From contig CAWEZH010000002.1 in the NCBI GenBank assembly GCA_963813535.1, forward strand, positions 416,001 to 480,000: DNA of 64,000 nucleotides. Reading direction: 5' to 3'. The DNA comes from an uncultured Chloroflexia bacterium. Lineage in GTDB: Bacteria > Chloroflexota > Limnocylindria > Limnocylindrales > CSP1-4. The translations under genes and the position numbers were made by a program. Positions 62,924 to 64,000 of the stretch are shown here, one piece after another (position 1 is the stretch's first letter; every line of letters starts with the position of its first letter). A model generated the notes under the pieces. That model ran no database searches. It was not told the origin of the DNA and saw nothing but the letters and a program-made list of their open reading frames with translations.

Positions 62924-64000
62924 GGCCGAGCTCTTCGGCCGTGAACGCCTCGAGCAGGAACGGCGATGGCGCCTGTGGGTCGTAACTGAGGGTCAACGTA
63001 CGCCGCGCCCGGGTCCACGCCACGTAGCCAAGGCGACGTTCCTCCTCGTAGGCGCGTCGCGGATCCTCCGCCTCGGCGACCGCGCGGCCGCTCGGGAACC
63101 GACCCTCCTCAAGCCCGACCACGGCGACATGATCGAACTCTGCGCCCTTCGTGGAGTGTGCCGTCGCGAGGGATAGCCGGGCGTCATCGCGACGCAGCTC
63201 GACGAGGCGCTCGCGGGTGGCGTGGATCGCGGCTCGAAACGCCTCGAGGTCGGGAAATCGCGGCGCCCAGGCCAGAAGTGCGGTCGCGAGCTCGCGGTCA
63301 CTCCACGGGTCGATGTGAAGCGTCGCCCGGAATCGACCGAGACGAACGAGGAGTGGCAACGTCTCGGGTGTCTCGGTCGCGATGCGGTCCAGGAGCGGGT
63401 CGAGTCCCGGGCGATCTACCAGCAGCTCGATCGATGCGGCGCGGAACGGCTCACCGAGGTCCATCGCGGCGACGACAGCCGGGCGAAGCTCCCGGTTCGT
63501 ACGAGCCAAGATCGCGCGCGTCCCGTCGTCGTCGGGCCACGAGCGCAGGAGCCGAGCGGTGCGCTCCGGCTCGTCCGCGTCGTCCGGGGCGAGGATCAGC
63601 GACCCGGGCGCCTCGGCACGGGCGCGAATGACCTTGTCGAACCGCTCTTCGTTGTGGCCGATCAGCCGCACGGCTCGCTCCACGACGGGGGCCGGGCAGC
63701 GGTGGTTCACCTCGAGGTCGACCCGCCGCAGACCCGGGAGGGACTCGCCGATGGCCAGCACGCGTCGAACGTCGGCGAGCCGCCACCCGTAGATCGACTG
63801 ATCGTCGTCGCCCACGAGGAAGATCCGATCTGCCGGCGCCGCGAGGAGCAATGCGAGCCGAAGCTGGGATCGATCGACGTCCTGCACCTCGTCGACGAGC
63901 AGATGCGCGCAGCGGTCGCGCCACCGTCGGAGGAGCACGGCATCGTGCTCGAGCGTGGTCAGCGCACCGCGGACCAGATCGTCGTAGTCGACCGACCCGC
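62895..64000 (-). CDS. UvrD/Rep-like SF1A ATP-dependent helicase, 5' part outside window
   Basis: LVDEVQD, VGDDDQSIYGWR, NHRC, ILARTN, TAHSTKGAEF and EEERRLGYVAWTRA motifs. Confidence 0.92.
   Translation of the reverse strand, partial: GSVDYDDLVRGALTTLEHDAVLLRRWRDRCAHLLVDEVQDVDRSQLRLALLLAAPADRIFLVGDDDQSIYGWRLADVRRVLAIGESLPGLRRVDLEVNHRCPAPVVERAVRLIGHNEERFDKVIRARAEAPGSLILAPDDADEPERTARLLRSWPDDDGTRAILARTNRELRPAVVAAMDLGEPFRAASIELLVDRPGLDPLLDRIATETPETLPLLVRLGRFRATLHIDPWSDRELATALLAWAPRFPDLEAFRAAIHATRERLVELRRDDARLSLATAHSTKGAEFDHVAVVGLEEGRFPSGRAVAEAEDPRRAYEEERRLGYVAWTRARRTLTLSYDPQAPSPFLLEAFTAEELGLTSPAPSRG

Overview
High-GC (about 70%) bacterial chromosome segment. Gene content, Gram-positive-type LexA boxes, F420 enzyme and leaderless genes suggest a monoderm such as Chloroflexota (inference only). 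Left to right: a nucleoside uptake/salvage cluster (PNP, BMP-family ABC transporter, nucleoside hydrolase); an SGNH hydrolase; a large secreted AA5 copper-radical-oxidase multidomain protein; and dnaE. Next is a roughly 25 kb accessory surface-glycan island (about 15.9-40.7 kb) with visibly weaker GC3 bias. It opens with a c-di-GMP-I riboswitch-led GH16 gene and holds several glycosyltransferases, a flippase, DUF1616 and GT-C-like membrane proteins, a CDP/C-methyl-sugar cassette with an F420-dependent LLM enzyme, and gene remnants. It also holds two copies of an unannotated, strongly base-paired ~450 bp element, each upstream of a glycosyltransferase gene run; this is the best candidate for something undescribed. 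The right arm is core genome: tRNA-Leu(CAA), an ECF sigma factor with two tandem anti-sigma paralogs, polA-mutM-ABC-F-coaE, a TadE/TadG/CpaB trio, LexA-boxed uvrB and uvrA, and a compact UvrD-like helicase. At least four small indels (including one in uvrB) look like residual assembly errors. No CRISPR array, rRNA, integrase or transposase was seen.
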